A DNA stretch of 63,992 nt, filler included, from Dimargaris cristalligena (lineage: Eukaryota), in NCBI GenBank assembly GCA_003614675.1. It is 10 parts of 10 records of this genome, joined end to end, with 100 filler letters (N's around TTAATTAATTAA, not from the genome) between each part and the next. Parts side by side here need not be neighbours in the genome. Positions count along the whole stretch, not along the records: positions 1 to 6,418 come from ML003520.1; positions 6,519 to 12,923 come from ML003521.1; 8 more parts are not named here. One strand, 5' to 3'. Position 1 is the first letter of the stretch, and each line of letters opens with the position of its first letter. The notes beneath the pieces were generated by a model. The model searched no databases and was not told the origin of the DNA. It worked only from the letters and a program-made list of their open reading frames with translations. The position numbers and the translations under genes were made by a program. This document shows, piece by piece, positions 1 through 12,724 of the stretch.

Positions 1-798
1 CCACTAGAGTGTGCTGGTCGAATTGGTCAATCCGTAGGAACTGTTCCACCCATTTGTCACTAGGTTCAATGGCCGCCATACCCAAAAAATAGTCGTAGAC
101 CGGGGCGGATCGTTTGGGGCCAGAAGTACGTAGTCGGTTCACCACTGGCCCCATGCATTGGGCATCTTCCCCCGATAACAGGTAGTTGATTAACCGACGA
201 AAAATCTATCATTGAGAAATATAGTTATATATATATATATATATATAGATAGATAGATAGACGGGGGCAGGTATGAGTAAGAGAGTATGGGTCCCACTGT
301 ATGATATACCAGTATAAAAGTGGACTTTGGGGTACATATCCATGCAATGGAAGTCTCATGGATTAGTGCGGAATGAAACAAATAGCCATCGACTCTGCCA
401 CTTACATATTCGCTATCCTGCTGGCGCTGGGGTCTAGTGACAAACATAACCTTACCCGACTTTAGTGCTCCAAAGCGACCCTTAGAGGCGTCAAGTACGT
501 TGTGCAGGGACTGGTTAATAGCCTCACACGCAGTATCCGGCTGTTCCTCCGTTAGCAGATTCATATCCCCCCATGACATCGAAACCTCCGGGTCCACAGT
601 TTGGGTCGAGTGCCGCAACTTGCTAAATTGCCGGATAATTCGGACCATGCTGGACAGTGAGTCTCGCGACACAGAGGTATTATCCGCCGCAGTTTCAGGT
701 GCCGGCGAGTCAGGCGTGGAAACCGGATAGGCCTTGGTATTGAGTTGGCCGACACCTGCGATAGCCAAGGTGGTCATTATAATAGTAGATAGCCGCAT
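1..798 (-). CDS. Predicted secreted protein, paralog A (exon 1 798-406, intron 405-206, exon 2 205 to window start; 3'-truncated)
   Basis: ATG at 798 begins a hydrophobic signal-like N-terminus (MRLSTIIMTTLAIAGVG). The GTAAGT donor at 405 and AG acceptor at 207-206 join in frame to IFRRLINYLLSGEDAQCMGP. Paralog B at 3745-5218 has the same exon structure. Confidence 0.8.
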
Positions 799-1901
799 GA
801 TTAGTTTAAAGAATTGTCGGGCAGAGTATTAGGAAAATATTAAGACGGTAAGAGGAGGTCGGGGATTGGAGAAGGCGGTTCAAAAATACAAGGTTGGCAC
901 AAAATTCAATTTCCGTGGTCTAGGTGAAATATAAGGATTTCTTATCAACCAATTAATTCATTGATGAAATTGAGGCGGAGGGGCCCATTTATAAAAGACG
1001 TAGGCTTGGCGGCCTAAACTCTGTGAGAGGAATGTGGGGGGAGAGGGCGACTTAAAGCTCGAGGTTGCTTAATTGGTCCAAAGGACCCGAATTGTTTTGC
1101 ATAAGGGAAGTGGTCGATGCTATGGAACTGGCCAATCTAGTCCATCTCTACTAAACAAAGAAATAGTTAAATAATATTTTAATATATAGGGGCTACGAAA
1201 ATAAAGTTTAATGTGCCATTGTTCAAGTATGCCATGGGCCATAGTGGTATATGAGTTAGTCCACCGTTTAGTGTAACCAGGCCAACCCAGACGGGCTAGC
1301 TTAATGAAGAGATAGTCCCTTCCCCCACTCCCCTTCCTTCCCTGCTAATGATATCGAAGTGTCGCTGTGGGAACTACGGTAGGACGAAACTACATTGGAG
1401 AAATCATGTTGAAATTATCGTTCGTTCTAGTAGCACCCAATGTAAAAGTGCATCCGCCGGTTTCAATGGAAAAAATAAAAAGGGGAGATGCGTTTAGTCT
1501 TTTCCCCATGTCCAACAGTTAGCCATGTTTCCATATTTTTAAAGCCGTGGAATCCACTATACTCCAGCTTGCCTTTAAATTCACTTACCTAGCGCACACG
1601 TACTATTTTATTTTCATATTTTATATATGTATAAATATATTAATTGGTCCCCGCCTAATATGTAGATTCACCATTCCGCAACCGCTCGTGGTCGACCTTT
1701 TAAAATAAAATGATCCATTAACTGCATCAACCTCCCTAGAGCATAAGCAAAATAGTTCACCATGAGGAGATCTCCGCAGGTACATCAGCCTTGCCTCGGT
1801 CTGTTAGCGTCATTTCATTATCCGCTCGGGGAAACACTTTCGCATATCCCCCGACAGTAATTGGTGCATCCTATTCTATTTATTTAAACTGGTAGTATGG
1901 A

Positions 1902-2976
1902 CTAGGTGGAAAGATATAGGACACTAAAAATAAGCATATTCACATTCCTGGAATCTCTTTTTGGTGAAAGCCGATTGGATCCATAGGGAGACTCTTGGAT
2001 TCTGGGAATTGGACCGGGTGCTACGATAAACGCCCCTCTCGAATTGTCCTCTACACCCTCCACATAATAGTTAGGCCATCCCCCCATGTATCCATACGAT
2101 TAGGTATAACCGTGTAGCCATCCCAACCGCTCATCGCTAAAGGTCCTAATGCCAATTACAGCTCCCCCATTTTTGGTATCGAATAAACTAAATGTATACC
2201 CTTGAATTGGGAAGTTCGGGGACGAGGGCCAAATAGGTGGCGGGAAGAGGGGGGTAGCTAAGCCATTAGGAAATTCAACAAGCGGCATAGTGGTACCAAG
2301 ATTCCTCAATGGTATCAACATGCTCAAGTTACAAACGACCCTCAAGCCTTTGGCTAAACGAAATCCTCCACTATTCGCCCTACTGCACCAAGGTAAGACC
2401 GTTTCTGCGTGTCAGTAGCATTGGGCAACGGCTTTCGCCAGGGGGGCAGTTCGCATGGCCCAATAGTCCCTGTGCGACCCCTAACGGAACCGGCCTTAAT
2501 TCGCGACAATATACCTCTCGTCTCCCTCTTACCCCCCCCTGCTTGACAGCTGGCTGGGTTTTCCATTTACACAACCAACTCCCCTCATAGGCTGTATACC
2601 CCTCGTACGAGTTTCTACTGGGAAAGGTGTGCAACCATAACAAGTATAGTCAGCCGGAATGTCACATATAGTCTAGGGTAGTTTAGTGAGGACATCATCA
2701 CAATTCGCTCCGTCTGTTCCAACGGAATAATGAGCGTCCAGGTCTATGCAGGTAGCCAGTGAACTATTGCTTTTCCCAAATACGGCGGGTTGTCGATCGA
2801 CTGTTCAATGGAATGGCAGTCTCCACTCCTATATTGAGCTGAAGTCTAGGTCGAAGCCGGTCGAATGAGCGACACTGACTGAGTGACTGCAACCGCAGGA
2901 TAAATCCAACCACCATTATCCCGCCGCCTGACCTAACCATCAAGACCGCTCTACTAAGGTAGATGCAAACAGCCAC
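1902..2976 (-). pseudogene. Fragmented reading frame of unknown family, second gene of the tandem unit
   Basis: ORFs 2100-2345 and 1902-2087 are one frame split by a single TAA (WLHGYT*SYGYMGG). ORF 2380-2643 continues through TAG codons (VQ*GE*WRISF). The 3' part is conserved in the second repeat unit (~6300-6418). Confidence 0.4.
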
Positions 2977-3744
2977 TTGCCCAATTGACCACGCAAATGA
3001 ATCTGGGGTAAAAAATTAACTATAGATTATGTCATCCTAAGCCCGTCAAGTATAAATATAATATTAGTATTATCTTAAATATATATACCCTACTTAGTAA
3101 TACCATTCTTAAGGCCGTCATTTCCCACCCCCTACCGGCATGTAGCCATGGCTATATTGTGCCACTCCCTATTTAGTGACCCTTCATACATAGACATCAT
3201 GGTATTCATGAACATTGATCTATATTGGTGAATCTAATCATAGACCAGCATGATATTAAAATATAAAAGGATGCGAATATAGGTAGGTTGGTATGTTTAA
3301 CCAGTTAGATACACTTCATTAAACGGGTTGTTTATTATACAGTTTGATTTAACATATCCCATAATACATATTCAAGCACGGAAATATACAAATAAAAAAA
3401 AAGCGTAGAAATCGTGGCCGGTAAAGAACAATAGCGCTAGGCCGAGGGGGGTCGGGATTGCTGTTGAAAATTTTGGATTAAGTAGAAATATAAAATAACT
3501 AAGTTTTTAGATAGAAATCTAACCATTCATTTAATTTGCTGAAATGTGAAGTACCCGCGATGACGTGTGTAAACTCCGGTTCATTACTTGGGTCCGTTGT
3601 GTGGGCTAAGCGGGTCGGTAATTATTCGCCGCTCGGCTGCCGGCGCCGGCACCATCGGGAGTTCGAGCGGCCTTTCAGCCCCGTGGTTATTGGCATCGGC
3701 CAGCGGTTGTTTATCGGAGATATTGGTCCTTATGGAGGTTGTTT

Positions 3745-5218
3745 TTAGTATCTTGGGAGGGGGTTGTTTCGGACCATCGCTAAACTTATTTTCTGGGCAT
3801 TCCCTAAAGCGCCGTGCACGGAGAGGGTTCTTTTAACAATGGCGTCCCAGTTAGTCATTCCCCCTGGCATTCCCCAATACTCCTTCGCCATACCATTAAT
3901 CGCCATCACCAGTATCTGGTCTACTGTCAGATGTTCGGCCTCAAGGCGCAGTACTTCTTTGGCGGACAGGGTCATCACACGATAGGGTACCGAGGAGGAG
4001 CCCAGGGCAGTGGTCATTTCATTCACAGATTCATCAATTAAGTGCCACTTTTGGTCCTCCGACATTTGGTCGATATCTGCCTTGGTATATTTCGCCCTGC
4101 CCCAGGATTCTCTTAAAACAGCGGGCTCACTATTTGGGGTATCGCTGGTGATGGGTGAGTCATCTAAAGCCGGAGGGTTCTGATCTTTGCGAAACTCACA
4201 TAACCTCTCTAGTACTTTCATGGCCCGGTCCTGTTTCCCGACTAAAAAGTTGAGAGGGTAGAATGCCTTCAGCCGAGCCACAGCGGCTTGATCACAACGC
4301 AATGCAGAGTACCGTAGTAATTCGTACAGGGTCTGGCGTAGGGCCACTTTTCGCCCCTCCCTCAGTTTGCCGGACTGGACAGCATTGTAAACGTCTTGGG
4401 TGAGCTCATGGATAGCTTCAGTTTGGGTACCAGTGCTATGAAGAGCTACCAAGGGATAGTCCACTAGAGTGTGCTGGTCGAATTGGTCAATCCGTAGGAA
4501 CTGTTCCACCCATTTGTCACTATGCCCAACGACTGCCATACCCAAAAAATAGTCGTAGACCGGGGCGGACCGTTTGGGGCCAGAAGTGCGCAATTGTTCG
4601 ACCACTGGCCCCATGCATTGGGCATCGTCCCCCGATATCAGGTAGTTCATTAGCCGACGAAAAATCTATCATTAAGAAATGCGGATATATATATATATAT
4701 ATAGGTAAATAGATAGGCGGGGGCAGGTATGATTGAGGGTATATTAATTCCATCGTACGGCGTATATTTAATCTAAATAATGGGCGTCGGAAGTCAACAC
4801 CGGTTTGTTGTAGTCACATGGTGTTAGGGTGCTATAAAGCATAGATATATACATTTCGACTTACATATTCACTATCGCCCTGGCGTTGGGCTTTATCGGG
4901 GACCTTGAAGAACGGCTTTAACAAAGCCTTAAAGGGACCTCTTGGGCCCTTAAGCACATTAGACAATGCTTGCTTAATGGCCTTGCACTTCGTGCCCGGC
5001 AGTTCCTCTGTTAGCGGATACATATCCTGCCGCAATACCAACTCCTCCGTATCCACATTTGGGGCGTTGGATGTCCGCGAGCCCTGCGGCACGGAGATTT
5101 CTTCCACCGCAGTTCCAGGTGCTGGTAAACTAGGCGTGGTATCCGAATTAACATTGTTATTGAGTTGGCAAAAACCTACGGCAACCAGAGTGGTCCCAAT
5201 CACTAAATGAAGTCGCAT
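3745..5218 (-). CDS. Predicted secreted protein, paralog B (exon 1 5218-4865, intron 4864-4666, exon 2 4665-3745)
   Basis: Signal-like N-terminus MRLHLVIGTTLVAVGFCQ. A GTAAGT donor follows ...DSEY, and the AG acceptor gives IFRRL-MNYL in frame with ORF 3745-4650. No recognisable domain. Confidence 0.8.
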
Positions 5219-6418
5219 GGTTAGTTTAAAGAATATTCGAGTGGAGTAGTGGGGAAAGGATTGGTTGAAGAGCTGAGTTTGGGGATTAGAAAAGACAGTT
5301 CAAAATAAATTTTGGTGTATATAACAGTATCCATGAACTGTGCGAATTGTTGAGTATCTAATAAAAAATAAAATAAAAGTCATGGACGTAGCAGGGGCGG
5401 AGTGGACCGTTTATAAAGGGCGTGGATTAAACGGCCTAGTTCCTGCGGCAGAAAGAAAGGGGTACAGTTTAAAACAAGCAGGTGACCTAGATTGGCTCAA
5501 AGGCCCAAGTTATTTTAAATGCCGTATGTGCATGATATACGAGTGGTGAAGGCACAGGCCAATCTGACTCGCTTCGCCAAACATCCAACGATCCACTAAA
5601 TAGTGCAGTATCATAGACAAGAATTAAAGGATACAGCAAATTGAAATCATTGGTATAATTTCCCAAGAGTCATGGTGATGTATTGGCTGGCCCCAGTTTT
5701 TGTATAATCAGGCCAGCGCACCTGGACTGGCTAGGTGCGGTGATTGTCCTTCCCACCCCTTCCCTTACCTACCGATTGTATTGGAGCGTCACGGCGGGGC
5801 TAACTTTAGAGCAAATTTGCATTTATATATTCATTCCTTTTAGTGGTACTCATGGTGAAGGTGCATTGGAACGTACCGATGGGGAATAGAAAAAAGGGTG
5901 AGGCTTTGGCCTTTACAATGTCCTATGGTCGGCCGATTCCCGCACTGAAAAACCGCTGATCCCACTACGTGCAAACTTGGCCTTAAGTCAACTCACCATG
6001 TTCACACGTAGCATTTATATATATATATAAATATATATATTATATTTATACAAATTATGCTCCGCCTAACGTTAACAATACTAAATTGCCGACCACAACT
6101 GGTCGACCATTTAAAGTATAATGTCCCAATAACTACACCAACCTCACTAGAGTATAATCTAAACTGTTTCTAAAAGGGGACTTCCGTAGGTACACCAGCC
6201 GTGACTCGTTGGTTCGTAAGCACCAGTTCATTTTCCGCTCGAGACGGCACTTTCGCTTATCTCCCCGTTGGTGATTAGCGCACTACGCCCTCTTTAAAAT
6301 AGTAGTATGGACTTGGCGGAAAGATTTGACACTAAAAATACCCATATTCACATTCCACATTCTTGGAATATCTTCTAGGTGAAAGCCGATTGGAACCGGA
6401 GGGAGGCTCTTGGATTCT

Positions 6419-6518
6419 NNNNNNNNNNNNNNNNNNNNNNNNNNNNNNNNNNNNNNNNNNNNTTAATTAATTAANNNNNNNNNNNNNNNNNNNNNNNNNN
6501 NNNNNNNNNNNNNNNNNN
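6419..6518. other. Artificial contig spacer
   Basis: N44-TTAATTAATTAA-N44. Confidence 0.99.
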
Positions 6519-6594
6519 ATGTAGTTTTAACTAGTAATATTGGCCGAATCTAATGGATTTTTCGTTATACAGCTTGGATGAACTTCTCTCATAT
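6519..6594 (-). mobile_element. Partial copy of ~145-bp MITE-like element, cut by contig start
   Basis: Reverse complement closely matches 19902-19975 (e.g. cgaaaaatccattagattcggccaatattactagttaaa). Confidence 0.75.
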
Positions 6595-9256
6595 CCTCCT
6601 TTGGTATCCTTGTGGCTGTCCTGGTGCGAAAACCCGGCCCAATTCCCACCACAACTACCACTGCTAGTGAAGGGAGGTCCCACAGTGAAGCTTTTTCAGA
6701 ATATGGCTCTCCGCTTATATAGCCTGCACCAAGGCATCACCGTCCCACTCTGTTTCCAGGCCCGTATATAAATAAATACCATTCACCGGCTATCTGGAAT
6801 GGAGTCAATCTCCTGGCACAAGTTGTTTCAGCACCATAAGCCGATCCCTAGCTATGCCTCCCCACCGGCTGCCGTGTTTTCATGGTCTGGGTGTCACGGG
6901 TGGGCACCTCTTCCACTGGTAGTGGGTGGTTACTCTCGACTACAGTTGCCTTTTTGGGGCTATGGAAGGGGTTTCTACCTCCATGTATTTTGCTTATCAA
7001 CCTTACTTGAAACTGGAGGGGGGGAAGCAATCCATCTATCGGGATGGATCCAGTTTACCTCACCATATACAGGAGGACGGGGGGTCTCTCCTACTGCATG
7101 AAGCTCTCGGTGTACCGACATCTTATCAAGAATCGATCAAACGGAACGTGAAGCACAGCCTATTGTCGATTAGCAAACACGATTGGAAGTGGTGCCGGAA
7201 TACCGTTAGGTGAGAGTAACACAGCCTAGGCCAAGTGCTAACTTAACCACACTCCCCCCTCCTCTATACCATGATTAAGGGGTTCTTAAATAAATAGACA
7301 GCATGTCCACCATCTGTTGGGCTGACCAATCATACCCCCCACAAGAGGCCGGCGTGGACTATTTTCCCCACGATCCACAGACCAACCAAGAAGTCTCTAT
7401 ACTCCAGGGGAATCCCCGCCCAGGGACCTCGAGAAGCCATGGTTGAAAAAAATGCCGATGCTTCGCCGATGCGCTTAACATTTTACCAAATAGTAAGGGT
7501 GCCTGCGATAGAAGACATGTCCGCCTCGTCCATGGAGGGTCGATTTCGAAAACCCCTCCTCTACCTTATCAAACTCCATGGGCCCACTTCGATGCCTGTA
7601 TGTAGCTGATGGGCAAGACAAGAGATAAGCCATAGATTGCCTTTTTTTGGCGGAATTCTGTTAGGCTTGCAGGACGTTCCCATTCCCCTTCCGGCACCGC
7701 CCCTACACTTCCTCCTTGGTGCCAGTACACGGATGTGGACACTCACCGGCGGAGGGGGGTTTCCCCGTTGGTGACCCGACTGTGGCTGGCATATAGAGAG
7801 CCCTTCCAATTCGAGCCATTGTCCCCCTCCCGTATATTCCAATACCCCCTTCTTCTCTATCCATGCATACATGCTTAGCCGAATGTCTCAAAGTGCATAT
7901 ACTCTGTTCGATGTGTAATTTCGGCTTTGCATAGTCTGCCGATCCCCGAGTTGGTCTGGTCTCTTATTTAAAGGCCGGACCACCCCCACTTGGGATCTGA
8001 TCTCTTAATCCTTTCCCTTCTCGCCCCCCCTTTCTAAATCATCGGCGCAGTTTCTTATTTTTAAAGAACGCTGACTAGCCCGTATCGTTTCATCGGACCG
8101 AACAGACCTTCTTGGTTCTATTAGAAATACATTTCCTCCTTGCGCCATTATCCATCCATCTGTACCTAAACATCGCCCCGGCAATCCGCCGTTTCTGAAT
8201 AGTCGATTTCGCCGTATTAACCCCCCCTTTCCAATAGCCCTTTATTATGCGTCCAACCAAAAGCTTTGAGGCAAGCCAGCGCTCAAGCCCAAATTCCATC
8301 GTGAGTTGGCTGTGTCACGAAAGCGTTATCCCCAACGGTAAGTGTCCCCTTCCTCTCCATCTCTTCCCACCTTCCCCCGGATGCCCTTCCTTTTCCTTCT
8401 TCGTTTGTGCCGGTAGCGAGCAGTTGACTTTTGTGACACATTCGGTGTTCGGATGTGTTTATCGGGGTCCCCGCATCAGCAACTTGGCCGGCATGGTTGG
8501 ACCAATTCTGAAACATCCCTCCGTATCTCTCTCCCTGAATGCGCCCATCCGTCGAACTCTTTGGAGAGAAATAGATGGATTCGCAGCCGATCCCCCACTC
8601 CCCCTGGAAAATGTCAAGTTGAGGAAGGGAACGGAGGGGGAAGGATATCTCCACTGCCACTCCATTTTTAAAATCTTCACCTTAGCTTAGCGTTGGCTGA
8701 CCTGTTGAACAAATCAGTTGGGTTGGAACTATTAAGTCTGAATCATACCCAGTGGTAGGGAATGCTAGTCTAGTGGCAGTTTGGATGGGGCTAAACCGAA
8801 TATGGGATCTTCTTCCCAGCTGCCCCCCCCCCAACTTCACTTCGGAATTCACCTTTCTTCCTATTTCGGCTGCATTCAGTTTTTACCTTTACTGTTTATT
8901 AGCATATTTATTTATTTTGCCGATGTGAGGATCTCTATGAGTGCTGGAATGCATCGGCATGTCCACGAGTAAACACGAAACTGGTATATTGGAGGTGGCC
9001 TCCCCTGTCCCATACTCATGCGCTTTGCATACCGCAGCCTAGGCCTGCTATGGGTTAAATGACTACCCAGGTAGCTCCCATCGTTCAGACATGTCCATAC
9101 CAGGTGGATGCGCTGAGATTCTGCTGGGGGATCTGCCCAACCCAAGACTCTAACCTTTCGGCCAAGTTTCCATATATCGGCATATATTAGGGTGGCCAAA
9201 CTAACCTAACATCTGATTCCCCCTAATTTTACCTTATACTTTGACTCATCTGACAG

Positions 9257-10541
9257 TGATACCGTACTTTACGCCTCGATGCACCCTGACCATTATGTAT
9301 AACAACACTGCGGCCACTTGTGGCGCCTATCTCTCCGCTGGCGGTAAGTACCTCAACCGTGACCGTTCGTCAGCCTTGACATCCAACGGCCCTTATGACA
9401 GGCGACTCATGTGTCAAACCATACCCAATCCTACCATTATCCGAAATATTTTTATTTAAACTCATCAAAATTGACGTGTATATGTATGACTGACATGTCC
9501 TCAATTAACCCTTCACCAACCCCCAGATACTGTGTCACCGCCCTTTGTTACCCATAACTACGACAATCGGCAGGCCAAATTCACTCTAATTATGGTAAGT
9601 TAAGAGCTGGCCCGGGATCAATCCCTCAAATGCATGCAGTCTTGTTTAAAATCGGATGCGTTATTTGGATTAGGCCGGAACTAATACTTGGACAATCACG
9701 CTTATTAGGATGCTGTTCCCAACCTCCAAATCCAAACAAGCACCAACCAGGCAATTATGCATGTTTGTTATTTTTCTAAGGCATTGAAATTCCATCCCCA
9801 AGTTTCCCCTTTGCCGAGATCCTCTCGTTTCTAATTCTCTTTTTTACGACAACTATGATTGTGCCCCATTCCCCACCCTGACTCTAGGTTGACCCGGATA
9901 TGACATCTTCGAATGGTCGTTCCAGGACCGAATACCGCCACTGGGTTATAAAGAATATCCCTGGTAAGGACCCGTCCATGAGTTCAGAGGGGGGCAGCAC
10001 TGTTAACAAAACAAAAAGTGCCAATGTACGAGGGCTAGGGTTATGGCTATAACTAATCGGCGACCAGTGGTTCTATTCAAAATTGTTATATTTTTATTTT
10101 TCATACGTAGGTAACGATATCTCACAAGGAGAAGTGGTCACGGGCTACGAGGGAGTCAATCCCATCAGTGGAGGGGGGGCGCACCGGTACGTGTCTCTTC
10201 TTTACCGCGAGGCCTACGATACCCAGCACCGTAAGTACAATTATCTTACAGCACTGTCTGAAATTCAGCATACTACGTAATCTAACCATAATAGTATAGT
10301 TTTAGCAATGTATTCCTGAATACCTGAAGTTCATCATTTTATATTCTACAAATTCTGTATATTTTGCATTGCCCTACCCCCCTTCAATTGCCACGCCCCT
10401 TGTCTATGTAACCTACTGGATGTTTGCCAATGAGTAGGGGATTTACCAGACGAGCGACTCAACTTCGGTGCCAACGAATATGCCCTCGATGCCGGTCTAA
10501 CGCTGGTGGCGGCTGATTTTTTCAATTGCCATCATGCATAA
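9257..10541 (+). CDS. PEBP (phosphatidylethanolamine-binding / TFS1-RKIP family) protein; exons 9257-9343, 9527-9594, 9888-9963, 10111-10230, 10438-10541; first exon unresolved
   Basis: Five exons with phase-compatible GTAAG/AG sites splice to ...FTLIM-VDPDMTSSNGRSRTEYRHWVIKNIPG-NDISQGEVVTGYEGVNPISGGGAHRYVSLLY...LVAADFFNCHHA*. This carries the PEBP DPD, HW..NIPG and GxHRY motifs. Confidence 0.9.
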
Positions 10542-10801
10542 AAATGCGCGAGTCCATCACCCCAATTACAATTGAATATTAAGATTAAGTGCTCCGAGTT
10601 GCCCATTTCAATTTAAGGGAATAATACACATGCTGTGTATTTAAATAGGATTCCATGGTGTATGCTCAATGTGAGGTGTTGGGGAAGTGGTGTATTGTTT
10701 GGATGCTATTTATCCAGCTAAATACAATTTATTACGGGAGAGGGTGTTTAAGAGATTAACAAGGCTAGTCTAAGTGATCAGAGTTCATGGTGAGCAATTC
10801 G

Positions 10802-11563
10802 TTAGAGCCCTTGAATTCGCTTTCGGTTTCGTTTCCGAATACGCCTGCCTCGTTTTTTTGGAGGCGGTTGATCAGGACCAACCCCTCTAAGAGTAAGGGA
10901 AATGTCAGAAGGGGCACCCGGCTCATCTTCATCGCTCGAAGCAAGCTCCGACTCATCGCTGGCCAGCCGGGGATCTCGCCGCACTGCTCGCTGGGGAACC
11001 GGTACCGACACGGGTACGGATGGCACCTGTAAGGGGGGACGCTCATTCGCCATAGCTGCCAATGGTGAACTCAGCTGTAGTGGGGGTTTTAATGGAGCCA
11101 TCAACCCCGGGCGGATGAGGAAAACCTTGGCAAATTGTGTTAGTCAACTGTTCAAGGCGGCGATTATTTTTAACGGCTCGCAAAAGTATCTTGGGCCGGT
11201 AAGTATTTAGGTGTTAAGACAGATAGAACAATGTGAGGATGGGTATCTTTATATTAATTGCAGAACACGTGTATTTACCCAGGAAGGGGCCGGGGCTGGT
11301 ATATCAAATGGTGGTGGAAGGTTCATTTTGTTCATGAGGTGTAATACTTGGGTGTACAAAGCCGGGACCGCTGCAATGGAATGTATTATGTTGGTGAGGA
11401 TCATTGGGTTCGGTGGTGGGTATTGGTAGTAGTACATGGGGGCTGGAGGCCCTAATGGGGGACGGTACATCGGAGTACCCCGATCCGTGGGACCGGATGC
11501 GGATAAGGAGGGCTGGGCTCGCAGGCCAAGGTTATAACCGTTTGGTGGGATCCTGTTAGACAT
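10802..11563 (-). CDS. RNPC3: U11/U12-65K (RNPC3)-like protein, central region only, ~202 aa, no RRMs (exons 11563-11279, 11125-10802)
   Basis: YPPPNPMILTNIIHSIAAVPALYTQVLHLMNKMNLPPPF matches, from memory, the conserved inter-RRM block of RNPC3. It is followed by the acidic ASDESELASSDEDE and a basic NLS-like tail. The intron GTAAAT...CTAAC...AAG keeps the frame. Confidence 0.8.
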
Positions 11564-12174
11564 GGATACTAAGGAAACTAAAGGATAAAATACATTAAAT
11601 ATACGGAAGAGAAATGTTGGTATAATTCACGAATGGGGAATTTCAACGAGCTTAAGGGTGTATGTAATAGTGGGCCGCGTATTGCTACGCTACTGCAACT
11701 GTAGGGGGGAGGTGCCAATTGCCCAGACGACTAAGCGGTCACCTGACCCTTCAAATGAACAATACGCCGCCAAGAAAGCGGAGAGCAGTTACTAGCCCCG
11801 TCGGTCTTATCGAACAAATCGGGGTATAAATTCGGAATTAATATATACCATCCCAGTTAAATCACTTCTTAATAAAAACCTAGTTATTTACCCCAAAATT
11901 TGCCTATCTAACTAAATACACCCTACTTGGTACATTCGGTAATTCTTGGTCTCCCTCGGCCTGAGTGTAGCACTAAGCACCACCATCAATCTCTTTTTTT
12001 CTATCCTAAGATTAGAACAAATGGCATGGCACCAAATTAACCTGGTTTGACCAAGTAAAATTGTATAGTCAATCACTCACACTAAAAACATGTCCCATAG
12101 TTAAGCACATTTATACACTGGCCTATTACATTCCATACCATCCTGTAATAATAAGGCTTAGAGGTCAGTCAGGT

Positions 12175-12724
12175 TGTTGACCCACCTAGTCCATCCTAAA
12201 TATGGAAAGCTGATTGTCCTATCCTATCCAGCCTTATAATGCCATATTACCCCTCCCTTAACTATATTACTTACTATGACTAGGTCCTAATGCTTCTTAC
12301 ACCACACTCCACTGGCTAATCCAATGTTCCTCCTTTCCCAGTAGAGTCTTCTGGAAGCAAGCCCCTAGCTAAGACCCCATCCCCCACCTCTTTATCTAAT
12401 CATCCCATTCTCTTAAGGACCTCTTGTTACAAATGGTCCCTGCATATAAATAACTGGGCCCCTCTGGGACTAGTTCAGTTAGTAGCTTATTCTTATCCCC
12501 CTCAGTTTACTCAATAAACTCTATATATGCTCACCTGCCCTTGTACTGACCAGTAAGTGTGTACTGCTGCACATCCCTTACATAGTTGCTGCACTTGCCC
12601 TTATTGGGTTAGTACCACCCTGTACCTGACACCAGTAGCTGCTTGGCTAAGCCTAAGCCCACCTACCATTAGAAGCCTACCCCTGGGACTCTTGACAGAC
12701 TAAGAGTAGATAACCCAGGTGATA
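12175..12724 (+). mobile_element. Solo LTR (550 bp) with 5-bp target-site duplication CAGGT
   Basis: CAGGT at 12170-12174 and 12725-12729. Termini TGTTG...TGATA are consistent with decayed TGTCG...CGACA. Internal TATAAA and AATAAA are present. Homologs lie at 27216, 32330 and 51306. Confidence 0.8.

Larger units (their letters stand above)
1..6418. repeat. Tandem segmental duplication, unit ~4.4 kb (1-~2000 homologous to 4461-6418)
   Basis: Bases 1-62 are identical to 4461-4522. Shared non-coding anchors recur at a ~4.4-kb offset: gtagtatggact (~1892 and ~6302) and gtgaaagccgattgga (~1964 and ~6379). Confidence 0.9.

Noticed and set aside
3585-3745. Possible frameshifted C-terminal extension of paralog B
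   Set aside because: An alternative frame stays open for ~55 codons, but the matching part of paralog A is outside the window, so it cannot be tested.
6463-6474. Regularly spaced TTAATTAATTAA as a biological repeat or CRISPR-like array
   Set aside because: Always centred in 88 Ns; it is a synthetic six-frame-stop linker.
6600-8900. Short ORFs in the first part of contig 2
   Set aside because: No recognisable motifs or consistent splice model.
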